The position numbers were made by a program, and so were the translations under genes. The notes under the pieces are model-generated. The model made no database searches. It saw only the letters and a program-made list of their open reading frames with translations, and had not been told where the DNA came from. This document shows, in pieces, positions 1-12,600 of a DNA stretch of 64,000 nt; within the stretch, counting starts at the first letter, position 1, and the number at the start of each line of letters is the position of its first letter. This stretch comes from Orbicella franksi. Lineage: Eukaryota. The stretch spans positions 2,914,001-2,978,000 of the forward strand of contig OZ116709.1 of assembly GCA_964199315.1 (NCBI GenBank). The letters run 5' to 3'.

Positions 1-1143
1 ATCAAAAATTCAAAGCGCAAACTTACAGAGAGATATTGATATGTCTCCACTATCCTATGCACAGTGCAGGTCACGCTGAAGACCTGCAAGGGAAAATTGA
101 AACATTTTGCCACATTCCAAGTTATTGCATGGTTATATCATCGCTAAAACCCGGACTCACAAGTAAATTCGGCGTTGTGCTCATGGATTCCATATCAAAA
201 CAGTACAGCAGCACTGCTTGTTGTGTTTGTTCCAAGGGCTCCGAGTGGATCAAAGATGGGTCTCTGATTATTTTAAGAGACTTTGATGACTCGACAAGCC
301 AATATCTTATCTGTAACGCGATTACTCTTTAACCATTCAGGGAACAGTATTTGCACAAGTCAAATGCGGTCGTCAGGAAACTTCAGTATCAAATACTTGC
401 TTTGCGCGATACTATTTTCATTCTTCTTTCATTTACTTGAAGGAATTTAACTATTTACTTGCCTGTCTGACATTGGGTTTTGATTTACGTTTCATTTCAG
501 TCACTTCCCATTTCACGTGTGACATCCACCAACCACGGAGGGATAGCGAACCGCTTTCCATGACATGCGGGCTCAGCAAGTTGGGTGCTTGGTGTTGCCA
601 AGTCTTAATGGGCGGTTTTATCTTTTGCTTGAGGGTAACAGTCTCAGTGGGCAGGCCTTGTTCTTCAAGATCTCTATGTCAGCAAAAAGAGCAACATATT
701 CAGCTAAGTTTGGAGTGATTTCCCCCACTGTCATTGTTCCACACACTCCAAATCTACGTGTACAAAACGTTGAATTTCAAACTCGTATTTTACTCGGTAT
801 AATTTATATTGATATTGATTTGCCCTTCTGTTTATTAATTGCTTTCAGTTTTTCAATTTTTTTCAGTTTTTTTTTATTATCGCACACTATTTACAGAAAA
901 AAACTTAACGTAAGATGGTTTACAATGATATAGGAAAAATAAATACAGATAGAAATTAACTACAAGAAACAATATTTAATTGTGTACAGCGACCAAAGTA
1001 GCCAATGAGCTTTCGAGTTGGTCACTGTCATGTAGATATAAGTTGGCGTTGGCCGCATGCTAAGTTCAGTTAAATTAATATTTACATTAAAGACGATATA
1101 GCTATTTAAGGGAAGGCGTTTATAGATATCAAAATATCACTTA

Positions 1144-1549
1144 GGCCCAGTTCAGACGTCGTGCTTTTGCCGTGCCGAACTAAATTCAAGAATTAAGTTC
1201 GACAAGAGCACGGCAGAAGCACGGCGTCTGAATCAAACTTTTGAATTAAGTTCGGCAAGCAATTAAGTTCGACAAGCTCTGCCGTGCTACACGACTCTGG
1301 CACAGCAGCGATTCAAACGTCGTGCTTCTGCCGTGCCAAACAAAATTCATAAATTACATTAATGAATTTTGGCGAGATTGCGTTCCCACGGGGAGTTAGG
1401 AGGAGAATTGTAACGAGGCATCAGTATATCCTAAATTTGGTTTGAATCTGGCACGACGTCTGAATCAGAGTTGTTTTTCTGCCGTGCCGTAGTCGAACCT
1501 AATTGCAATTTAGTTCGGCACGACAGAAGCACGACGTCTGAAGTGGGCC
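1144..1549. mobile_element. MITE, PIF/Harbinger-like (TTA target-site duplication)
   Basis: About 43-bp terminal inverted repeats (GGCCCAGTTCAGACGTCGTGCTTTTGCCGTGCCGAACTAAATT vs reverse complement of 1507-1549). TTA at 1141-1143 and 1550-1552. No ORF. TIR sub-motifs are repeated internally. Confidence 0.85.
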
Positions 1550-3013
1550 TTAGTAACATAAGTCTCCCCTCATAGGCATGCAATACGTGCAGATTAAAAT
1601 GTTGACTCGACCGGCGATATCATCAACTTTTCGGAGTTAAATTCTAGCTTTTTCAACAGAACAAAGTGAAGGAAAATAGTAGAGAAAGTAATCTAAGAGC
1701 TGGTAAATGCTGATGGAAGAAATAAGAATTAAAGGAAATCTGTTTAAAACGTTATACTTCCACAACCCGTAATAACTTGAATCTTCGTCTATGATAAGTT
1801 TTCGAGTGCGCTATCTATGTGACAAACTATATATCCCTTGCATTTTAAGAAAAGAGCTGACCTTTCAATGGAGGCCAGCATTTCTTCTTGCAGTAAAGGA
1901 TGGAGTAAGTTGACAAAGTAGAGCACAATCATTGTAATCATTGTCCAACGCCATCTTAGCAGTCCTCGTGTGAGTCCAAGGTATCTGGCTGTACAAACTA
2001 CACAGTGAAAAGGCATTCTATTCTTGGTTTGGCGGCATGACCTGGGGCTCCATCTATGATGAAACTAAAACAGGATAGAAACCGATAAACTAAAACAGCG
2101 ATAAAACAGAATAACAGAACAATACTGAAGGACTGGTTTTCCTGCAAATTTTGTAATCAGTATAAGAGGGATCTCAACAATGTTAACCGTCAACCAGGAA
2201 AGAGGAATATTCTCTATTTCTCTCTGTTTTATCACCGTGAACCATCATCAGAGCGTGAAAGGTCAAAATTAAACATTAAACCTTCAGCTAACACACAAAT
2301 GCAATTTTAGTCACTACGCATCTTCACCAGTTAACCCCCTCCCACCCCACCCCCATTAAGAACCTGAGAGATTTCTACGTCAAAATGAGAGCTTCAAGCT
2401 GATTTCAGGATAATCTTCTGTCTGGATAATCCTCAATCCGTTCTGTTCGCGGTTTTAAAAGCTTATTTTTGATTACTGTACGAGCCTGCGATTAACGTTC
2501 CCTTGGTCAGCAAGGTAACAACGGTTCCTGGTTAGAGACAAAACTAGGTCAATACATAGAACGAGGCCGCCTTACAGGTATTTGCCAAATTTTTGATATT
2601 CGCTAAACTTTTCACAACCAAGAAATGCATTGATTCAAATTAAATAGGAGAAAGAGGCGTATTCTGTTACTGTTGAGTTAGAAGGAGAAGTAATTCAAAT
2701 CAGAATCGAAGCCTTCAGTGTAGTTTAAATCCAGCGCAATAATGTATTTAACCTGACGTTGTCCACTTAAACACCCATCGCCAATTACAAGCTAAGACTA
2801 CCACCGCCTTGGGCGGTCGTCACAGGTTCTCTTAGTTTGATCTGTTTTAGGGAGTTATGGAAACATTCAGCTTACCACAATAATAAAATATATATATCGG
2901 AGTTAACGTTGTATAGTCTTGAACGGCGAATCGAAACGGTTAAAATGACAGAAAACGACATCGTATTTGAAGGGTGTCAGTTTTGTTTCTCTAAAATGTC
3001 ACTTATTACTTAC

Positions 3014-3374
3014 CTTTGATCACATGATCTGCCCAAGACGGCTTGTTCCAGAACAGGGCCAACGTTAAAAACTCTTTTGAAAAAACACGTGCAAATGGAG
3101 AACGGAAGAAACAATAATTGGGCGGAGTTTGCGTACCAGTGGATAAAAGGTAGAGCACATGGACTGGTCTGTCAACTGGTTTGTTTCCGTTTCTTGACTG
3201 GTGGGCAAATACACTTGTCAAAACGGACGCGCGTTTACATACAATGACGTTTAAAAACGGCTGCTGGTTTGCCAGGTTCGCCGGATTGTTTAGACAAACA
3301 CTTGCAGTCGGATTGAGGAAAGCTGTGTTTGATTGCCAAAACTATTTATCATCATCGGCGCACGTGCTTATATA
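3014..3374 (-). promoter_or_regulatory. Possible TATA promoter plus non-coding first exon of a gene running leftwards
   Basis: Minus strand TATATAAG (3374-3367) abuts a CACGTG E-box (3361-3366), followed about 350 nt later by a strong donor AAAG|GTAAGT at 3014/3013. No convincing downstream coding exon was found. Confidence 0.25.
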
Positions 3375-4525
3375 CGGAGAACGTAGTGGATAACTCTTCC
3401 TGTCGACCACTTGACTTTGCTAGCTTCCACTTCACCCGCAGATCGTAAGAACTGTCCAAACAATTTTCGTATACTTTTCGCTGTCTCTTGAAGGTCTTAA
3501 AAATATCCTCAGTTTTACATAAAGTTTAGCCTTCCAGCGTCCATTTCAGTGTTCCGATAGTTAATGCTTTAAAAATTTGTTTGTGTCACCTTTTTTTAGT
3601 TGGCTAATTTCAGAAGCGCAAAGAGATCTTTGAACCACTTGAAAAAGCGCGTAAATTGCGATTTCCTTGTCTCAGCCAATCGCATTGCAGAACAGGAATG
3701 AGGTAACGTGACACAACAAAGGGTTTAAACTCCGGCCTCCGAACATGTTGCTGACCTGATTATTAAGGGTTCAGTAAACTCTGAAGGGGTACCACGTGTA
3801 CTTACTGAATAGTTTCAAGTTTTTAGCGATAAAAAGTCTAGAAACTTTTCTTCAGGGCCTTATTTCATTCTTCCATCTTAGTGTGTCCGGATGAACGAAA
3901 TAATGGATGACCTAACAAGGGGAAAATTGGAGTTTCTTAACCGCTAGATGCTATAACAGCAAAGGTATTGAAGTCGTCTGGTAGAGACGCTTGGTAGCTA
4001 GATGAAATTAAAATGTTAAACGCTTCATGAACTGTTATTACATCAGGTGAAATGAAGGATGTGTTCTCAGTTCATCGCCACAAAACTGCACATATACTAC
4101 CTTCCAGCCGTCAGGGAAGATAACAGCGCTGAACACTGAATTCTCTGTTAATGAATGTCTCATTGGACTATTCTATGTAGTGTTAGAAGCGCTGTGAGAA
4201 TATTCCTCCTACATTCCCCTGGTATTACTTCAAATTTTACGCTCAGTAAGTTTACACGTTCAAGCAAAAATATCCACCATGCTTGAGTTAGCAGCTGTGA
4301 AACAAACCACCTGCCAGGCTATAACCTTTCGCCAGTTATGGTTTTTAAATCTTTTGTTGAAAAAGTACATATTTGTAAATAGACGGTCTTGATTTTTTGG
4401 AATAGCAAATTAGGAAGATCCCGTTATGCTGAAGGGAGATATCTTATGCAACACCTGTAGAGTAGTGGATTTCATTACTATATACTATATTTTTATTTTT
4501 TATTTTTCACTTTATTTTAATATAT

Positions 4526-4584
4526 TTTTTGTTACCCTCGACCCTCGACATGTTACCCTCGACTCTCGACAATTAGATACACTC
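4526..4584. repeat. Isolated end of a dispersed repeat with two GTTACCCTCGACYCTCGACA units
   Basis: Tandem unit visible, ending in AATTAGATACACTC. The partner end was not seen in the window. Confidence 0.45.
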
Positions 4585-5594
4585 ATTTTAAGAATGTTTT
4601 GAGTCTCTAATTGGATATGACGAGCCAAAATTGTTGTAAAAGGTTAAGGGTGCTTCGTCACCCCTTAGTTTCTCATGTGTAGTTTTACGAGGCAAAATGA
4701 AGGTTACACTGGACAAGCCTGACCTGATAAAGACATCAACAACAACAACATGATGTTAAAGCGTTTTGAACTTTAATTCAATCACCTCGTTCAGTAAGAA
4801 AAGTCGAGTATTCTAGAAGGAAAGAGGCCCTCGCAGTCTTAAAGAAAGAGCGCGAACTGTGTTCTGCACATGTAGAGAAACAGGAAGTAGAAACGCAAGG
4901 TTCATTCATCCTCCTGGCTCAACTTTAAACATATCTATTTCTTAAGTTATTGTAGTTTTTGTCACTTTCTATGTAAATGTGTTTTAAGTGTTTAGAGTGA
5001 ATAAAGCATTGTAGGCATTTTTCATCTCAAATCCTTGTTCTAAACAATGACATTAGTAGTTTTCTTTTAAACAACACAATAAATTCTACCTCGTTTCCAG
5101 TATGAATTCTAGTTCTTCAATGTTCTTTACTTTTTGCTCTACTTGTATATAGTATTTCTTGGAATCTCTCTGATTTACGTCATACTCTATAGTCTACTAT
5201 TTCTTGCTGTTTTTTTAAACAAAACAAGTAACGCGTTCTTTTTAAAGACACTTTCTCCCTTACAGGAGTTGACACATAAATAACTCAACACCAAATTGTA
5301 CACCAAACTTTTAGTATAAAAGATACTTTCACAAAATCGTAACAAAATTCTTTCATATAAACCCGTCCATTTTTAATTTCTTTTTTCTTTCTTTTCCTTC
5401 CATCTAACTGATAACTTGGGTCCTGGAAGATTGTGTGACTCAAGTGAATTCGATTTGCACCTCTCGTCACACAATCGTATCACCCGAGTAGCACAAACGT
5501 CTAACTAAGCCGGAAACAAAAGACGAAAAAAAACTTTTTATTCTAGAAATGTCCGACAAGTATACTTTAAAGCCTAATAACCCTTGCGTGACCG

Positions 5595-8500
5595 TCACGT
5601 GCTGTTGTTTCTGGAATGACCGCCAACAGCAATAAGGCAGCGTTTCATCTCACTCAGTTCCTTCACGTCTGGATTGCTCCGTCCATAATGGCGTGACAAA
5701 AGACTAGTGGCTTTGTCGATTGTAGAGAGTGCTTTTTTGACTTGTCTGTCGTTGAACAACAGCTGCGAGAGCTTGTGAAGTTCGTGTGCGTACTCCACGC
5801 TTGATGAACCGAACGCTTTTTCCACCGCTTCACAGCTGCGAGAACAGTAATGAGAAGCTTTCTTGAAGTTGCCATTCATGGCGTAACACCTGTGGGAACC
5901 AACAGAGAAGAAGTTGAAGAATGTTGCGTGACTCAAATAACAGATAAAAGGCAAACGAAAGGTTAGCCTAAAATGTCAGACATCTCCCGCCCTCATCCAA
6001 TCACACCTTCTTTCCTCTTGGAAAGCACAGGTGGCTGCGGATCTTTACCTTCTTCTAAGCCTGACCACAAGATAAACACAAAAAGGTTTTTCCACACAGT
6101 TAAAACTAGTACCTTGCAATGGCATCGTGTGTTTCAGCCAGGTCCTTGTTATACGCATGAAGAAGAATTTTCCGCCGCCGCAAACATTCATGGAACACGT
6201 CAAGGGCCTCCTTGACTCCAACTCTTTCTAACAACCGCACTCCCTTAATAAAGAGCAACTCTGCCTCGCGCGCCAGTCTGCACTCATCCAGCATGTTTTT
6301 CTCCAAGTTACATTCGCGGTTCTGACACGTTCCAATGACTCCATCACTCACAGGGAACAGTTTCATGGCATGCTTACACTGAGGACACGCAAAGGCAGAG
6401 AAACAGAGTCTCTTGTTCTCCATTTCTTCGTCACTGCAAGAGACAGTCCCCAGTTAGATTACCAAACAGCTTCAATACGTCTGTCTTACTAGAACTAAAG
6501 AACAACTAATTTCTCTAAAAGAAGAATTTATAGTCTGACCCTGCAATTGAATTACTAAGCCACTGTCCAGGTACAAGCTCAGGACAGAATAATGAACGTG
6601 AGTGAATGAGGTCATGAGATAACAGCTTACCTCCTGCAGGCTGTGCACTGACAAGTGAAAAAGTACTGTTTGTACAGCAGCTTTTGACGATCTTCACGAC
6701 CCATACGACTTACATGAGGACCTGTCCAGGAACAAAGACAATAACTAAGTTAAGTAGGTGAGAGAAACCAAAATAACCTGTTGCCTTCAAAACCATTAAC
6801 ACCAAGAAAGAGTGACATTAGACTTGTTTTTGGATACAACATCAGTACGTGTATATCGTCCAGCACTGGGCAGATAGAGAATGAGAATAATGAGATATCA
6901 GCATATACCAACAATTTCTCAGAACCCATGCTGAACAAAATCCATGGCAGAAGGGAGAAATAAATCATTTGGCAATAACATTTCCAGCACAATTATTAGC
7001 TTAACCCCAGCAGTTGTACTTACCATAGCAGTGAGATATCTCCGAGCCTTTGGCAATGTTATGTGTTGCTCTCACCACTAGATGGCCATCAACAAAGCTG
7101 AATTTGAAACAAAGTAAACTTTTAAATATTTACACAGGTGTAATTAAAATTAAATTCATTAGCTAGAAACTAATACCAGGGAGCATCACTAAAAGCAGGT
7201 TTACATCAGTTGCATTGTAAAAGAATTTCTGCATGTGTCTCTCAACACAGTCAGAGATAACAAAAATATCATGTATGGGATCTACTGTAACTCTGTAAGC
7301 TGTGTGATCCAAATCAGAACTGCTTTCAGTTTGGACACACTTGGCTACGATAACTGCCAAGCCAAGAGCATGTATCGTTTGCATACCCTCTAGTTTCACA
7401 AAAATTTCAAGACATTGTAGAACTATACACTCACCTAACAATGACATCCGGATCACAGGCATGATTTAGCAATGACGCTGTTGGATACACAGCAGTTGCT
7501 ATCCTCTTCTGTTCTCTGGATACAACATGATCTTTGGATGGAGGACTGGTCTTCAGATGTGTTTTGTCTTCACCAGTTGACACAATAGCAGTGATGGCAT
7601 GTACATTGCAAGCCATCTGTTGAGAGTGATGAAACAGGAGGCAGCCTATCACATCCCCTGCTAAGGAACTTGTGCAAGTCTCGTTAGGGAAAAAGCTCTG
7701 GAAGTTTTGAACATTGTAGTATTGTTCAAGGTGTTCATGCTGCAGCTCGTGTGGTTGACACAGCCTGTTCTTTGTACAGTTCTCACAGCTCACTGGTCTT
7801 TGATTTAAATCCTCTTCTCTAACCATGACACCTTCAAGAAACTCTGCTAGTAGCACACAGTTCTGAAAATGAATGAGATGAGATTTACTTTGGTGCACCT
7901 TAAGCTACATGCAGTGCTGTAGACATTAAAACATTGATAGTTTTAAAGTGTAGTGAAGTAAAACAAAAATTTACAGTACATACCAGAGCATGAGACATCA
8001 AGGTATTCACAGGTTGTAACTCTGTGTTGGTCACCAGAGAAAACACTGAGCCATAATCACCTGTAAACAAAGACACACTGTGTGACAAATATGACGTATC
8101 AAGAAGAGTGGTATAAGAGTTAACTAAACTTAGCAAAGTACATGTAAAGGTATCCTGCATTAAGTTCACCTGAAACTAAAGACTATACACAAAAAATCTA
8201 TTCAAAGAATATGTGAAGACCATTGCAGCAATGACCTACCTAGGTATTCTCCCTCTGGACCACAACCAGACATTCTGCTGATATTTGTATTTTCAGTCTT
8301 CTTACTCGATGATGCCTGTAAAAATTCTGAAAACAAATGAGAAAATTAGTCACAATAAAACACTCCAATTTAATCCAAAAACAGAGAACAATATGATCAG
8401 GATTAACTCTGTGATCAGCATCTAATTTCTTGTTACAGAAATAAGTTGCCAAGCACGTGGAAGTAAGAAAAATCTTAGAAAAACTTACCAAATATGTTCT

Positions 8501-9585
8501 CGGTTCCTGTTACCAGAAGGATTCTCAGTGACAACTGGAAAAAGGTGTCCATCTACAAGACACAAACATCAAAACATTTAAACACAATATTCTTGGTTGA
8601 TGCTATCTGTCAGATTCAAATGAGAAAAATTCTGAGGGCTCCACTGGGGTCACATCTTGCAGCCACTTGTGAGATATTTACTAAGGACAAAACAAAATAT
8701 GAGAATGTACGTCGTCCCCAGCAAAAAAAAACCTGCAAGTGACTGCAAGGTAAGACTCCCCACTCATTTGACAAATCAGATAGCGCTGTTAATGCAGGTG
8801 AAAGACACAATACCTACCATTTTCAAAAGTGGACCAAGGCTACATTCTACTTTGTGGTACTGTGACCAGGCTTTGTCACGACAAGACTGGGAACAATACT
8901 GCACTTCACAGCAGAGACGACATCTAAGTAGGTAATAGAAACATCTGTTAAACCTGGAAAAGTTGCATTTAAACCAAATCATGGTTGAGAAAATGAATCC
9001 TCATCCAGACAAGTTGAGAGATGTTACATGTTTTGGTTTCCAACCCAAATATTCAGGCCATTCTGTATCTCTGACAGTTTTTCTAAAATATCTCTTTTAC
9101 ATCAAATATAAGTCTTATGTCCACTTACGGAAAGGGAGCTACCAAAGGCTGGAAACAACAGTCACAATGAGAGAGAGTGTTTTCTGGTAGAAGGACTGCA
9201 GCATATGGTGGTTCAGAGATTAGTGTATCACCAGCACGGATATCATCTGAAGCCTGCAGGTGATCAAAAAACACATTACAAGAGTTCTATAGCCTGGGAT
9301 AATGAACATGTAGCAAACAACATTGAAAATTGAGACTTGCACATATGAAAAAAGAATAAAGATCTCAAACTCAAAATGGGCAAGCATGAAGTTTGGCAAA
9401 ATAAATTTTATAGTAAATGGTTTGAACCCAGGAGTATCAGTAGTTCGTATAAAATAAATTATGTTCACCACCCCATTAAATAAAAAAATCTAAGCCAAAT
9501 TCTAGTTCATTTGTTAGAAAAGTAAGATGTCTACAGAACAAGGCTATATAGCAATTAGTTTTGAGATATTGTAAATATGCGAGTC

Positions 9586-9642
<57 letters not shown>

Positions 9643-12600
9643 GTTGTTGTTGTTGTTGTAGGATAGCAATATTGTTCATTTCTTTTTTAATGTAAAGAAG
9701 CAACATAATTATTTTTTATTAATTTTGATCCTAAACGTAATTTGCATTTTCTTTTCAAAACTAACCTTTAGAAATCGGCCTTGAGTAGCAGAGCAGTTGA
9801 TTTCAATTAATCTCGATCCATTAGCTATTTTGTCATGCAGTCCTCCTGTAACTGATGGTATGTTTGTTGATGCATCACCACCTTCAAAACAACAAAAAAT
9901 TGCAATCAGTACATAGTCTGCATGATTCTATCCAAAGGCTAAATCAACATCACTTTATAGGGGCAAGGCATTAAACAAGTAGATTCTCCTTCTGGGCAAG
10001 TAACTTTTCATTCCCACTTGCTCAATGGCCAGGTGATCAGGCAAGTCGTCTGCCAACTAAATCATTGAAAGAGCAAACTAAGACTTTCCCAGGGCAAGCA
10101 ATATCTGAGAGATACTTGTCCTAAGGGCAAGCTGGAATTAACTTTTTTTTCAAGCCCTGATTAAGTATCAACATTTACCATGATTTAAGTTCTGAATAAA
10201 TGTTGACAGCTTCTTCTCACAAGCCTTCTGAAGGCTGTCAAGCTTTCCACTAGGCGCTTGAGGGCACTGCAATGACGAAGCCTCTTGGATATCATTTAGA
10301 CATGTCTGAGACCAAAGAGACATTAAAAAGATTACGACATTACCTAAGAGTCCTGTAATATACTGAGGGTAACTAGTCAGGCAATGAGGCAAACATTGTT
10401 AATGAAAGTTCTCATCATCAGAAATATCACTGGATTCAATTAGTGGTTAGGAAGGAATCTCTACTGGTTTTTCTGTTTAGATACTGTACCTCAAACTTGG
10501 TGGTCTTTGTTTTCTTCTTCAAAATTTGAGCTTCCAAATTGAGGGTGCAGCTCCTCTATGGGTGTGGCTTACACATGGGCTTATACATGGGCTTTTACAG
10601 CACTCATTATTATTTATCACTATAACTGACAGTGATCTCATCCATACCTTGTATTCCTGTGCCTGAAAGAGGATCTCTGCTCTTCTGGTATACAAAGCCA
10701 CAAGGCTGAGCTGGCCAGGAGACCTACTGGTGTTGTCAGCACTGTCTGACAAAGCCAGATCACACATGTTACTTTGCTGGTTGGCAAGAGGCTTCTGGTT
10801 TTCAGCATTGTACAAGAGTGCTTGCTGAATGGCCTAAACAAATTCAATAATTGACAAAGGTCTGATGTCAACTGATATTTAAGAAAACAGCCAAAGAACA
10901 ATTGCAACACTAAAAGATCTTAAAAGCTTACCAATATTACTTGAAAATACTCAGGTACTTTTTCAACTCTCTCATTACCACTACGTTTCAGAATTTACTC
11001 ATATTTCAAATTGTTCAATTTAAGTATTATCCATTACCAGTGAGAAGGAGATCACAGCTTTCTTGAAATCCCTTCGCCCGAAATGTTCTTCTCCCACACA
11101 CACATATTCCTGGCCATTTCCCGCAGACCTTAGTTTTTGTTGAACCCTGGTGTTCAGAAGCTTTTGTATCTGCTCAACTATTTCTTGAGCTACACCACTA
11201 TTTCTGCAAAGTGGGAAGACAAAAAAATAGATTATAATGATTGCTAATAGCCACCACAGTGGGAGGACAGACACCACTCCCCAGCAAATACTTGTTGCTT
11301 TGGTCCAGACAGTTTATAGCTATGTATAGTGGAAGCTATGGGGCAAGGAACTAAGCATAGTGGAAACTATAAAGTTTAATTCTGATTTCTTGAACCCTCG
11401 ATTTTTCAATTCTCCCCATTATTCAAAGCACTTTTCTTCTCAGTTGGCAAAAAAGTTACAAATGTAGAAGACATTTACTTGGATTTTTCAAACCTACAGA
11501 TTTCTATAAACCACTTTCTTGTACCCTAGTTGGTTTTAAAATGCAAGATTCTACTGTGCCATTATTGTTACATGAAGTTGCAGGACAATTTGTCCCTTAA
11601 AAGTCAAAAGCCATGCCATATGCCTCCCAAGATCAAAGCTGTTTTGTTTTGTTTAAAATATATCCAGCCTGCTACTGCTGGAGTCCGTTATTTTTCAAAC
11701 AAAGAATTTTATCCCAATTCATTCATATTAGAAAACAGACAGTTTTGTTTTAACCATAGATATTCCTCAAATCTTTTCACTTAAATTGTTACTATCATCA
11801 CTAAAGTTATTTAACAAAAAACTTAAGCTATTCTCTCATGCCCATAATCTTTCAGCAACGTTCCAATTACCCATCAAGTAAAATTTAAAGAAAAAACTGC
11901 ACATGAGCAGCATCTGTTGTTGCAGATAATTGTTATGCAATGTCATACACATTTTTGGCATGCCTTTACTTGACCCAGCAAATGCCAAACTGCTTTCCCA
12001 AGTTACTCTGCAACACCATTATAAAACCCTGTTTTTCTTCCATAAAATAATTATTAGAAGTTACCTTCTTTAATTCTCCCTTCAAAAATATGTCTTGTTT
12101 ACTTGTTTACAAGCATAAAAGGTGAATAAAAGAGAGTACATAACTTAAAACATACTTGGAAGTAAAATGAGACTTCACATTATGCATGCATGACTGGTGT
12201 AGATATGCACGTGTACCTGCACGTTGCTAAACATGCACCTCTGCTAACACTTTGACCCTGTTGTGTCTCTGCTAACTGCACGTTACTTAGCATGCACATG
12301 TTTTGGCCCTCTGTTTAGTTTAGTGTCTCTGCTATGAAGATATGTGAATATGCTACAAGTTTTATCAGTTGTACAATAAAGAGATATCACTGAATAGAAG
12401 ACCCTTTAGGTTGATGTTCTATAATATTGTGCATTAGACACCAAGTTTTGGTCACTGTTTAGCAATAAAAAATGTTTATATACAAAATTAAATGCTTGTG
12501 TGTGCCAAAAGCAACCACAGCACTGTTTTATGTGCTTTCTTTTTCTGGGCAGCACAAAGGCACAATCTTGGATAGGTCAAATGCAATTCAATTAACTTTT

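Noticed and set aside
4780-4960. Short open frame (..RSVRKVEYSRRKEALAVLKKERELC..) followed by AATAAA
   Set aside because: No start or acceptor links it to a gene and no family was recognised. It is possibly a transposon 3' relic.
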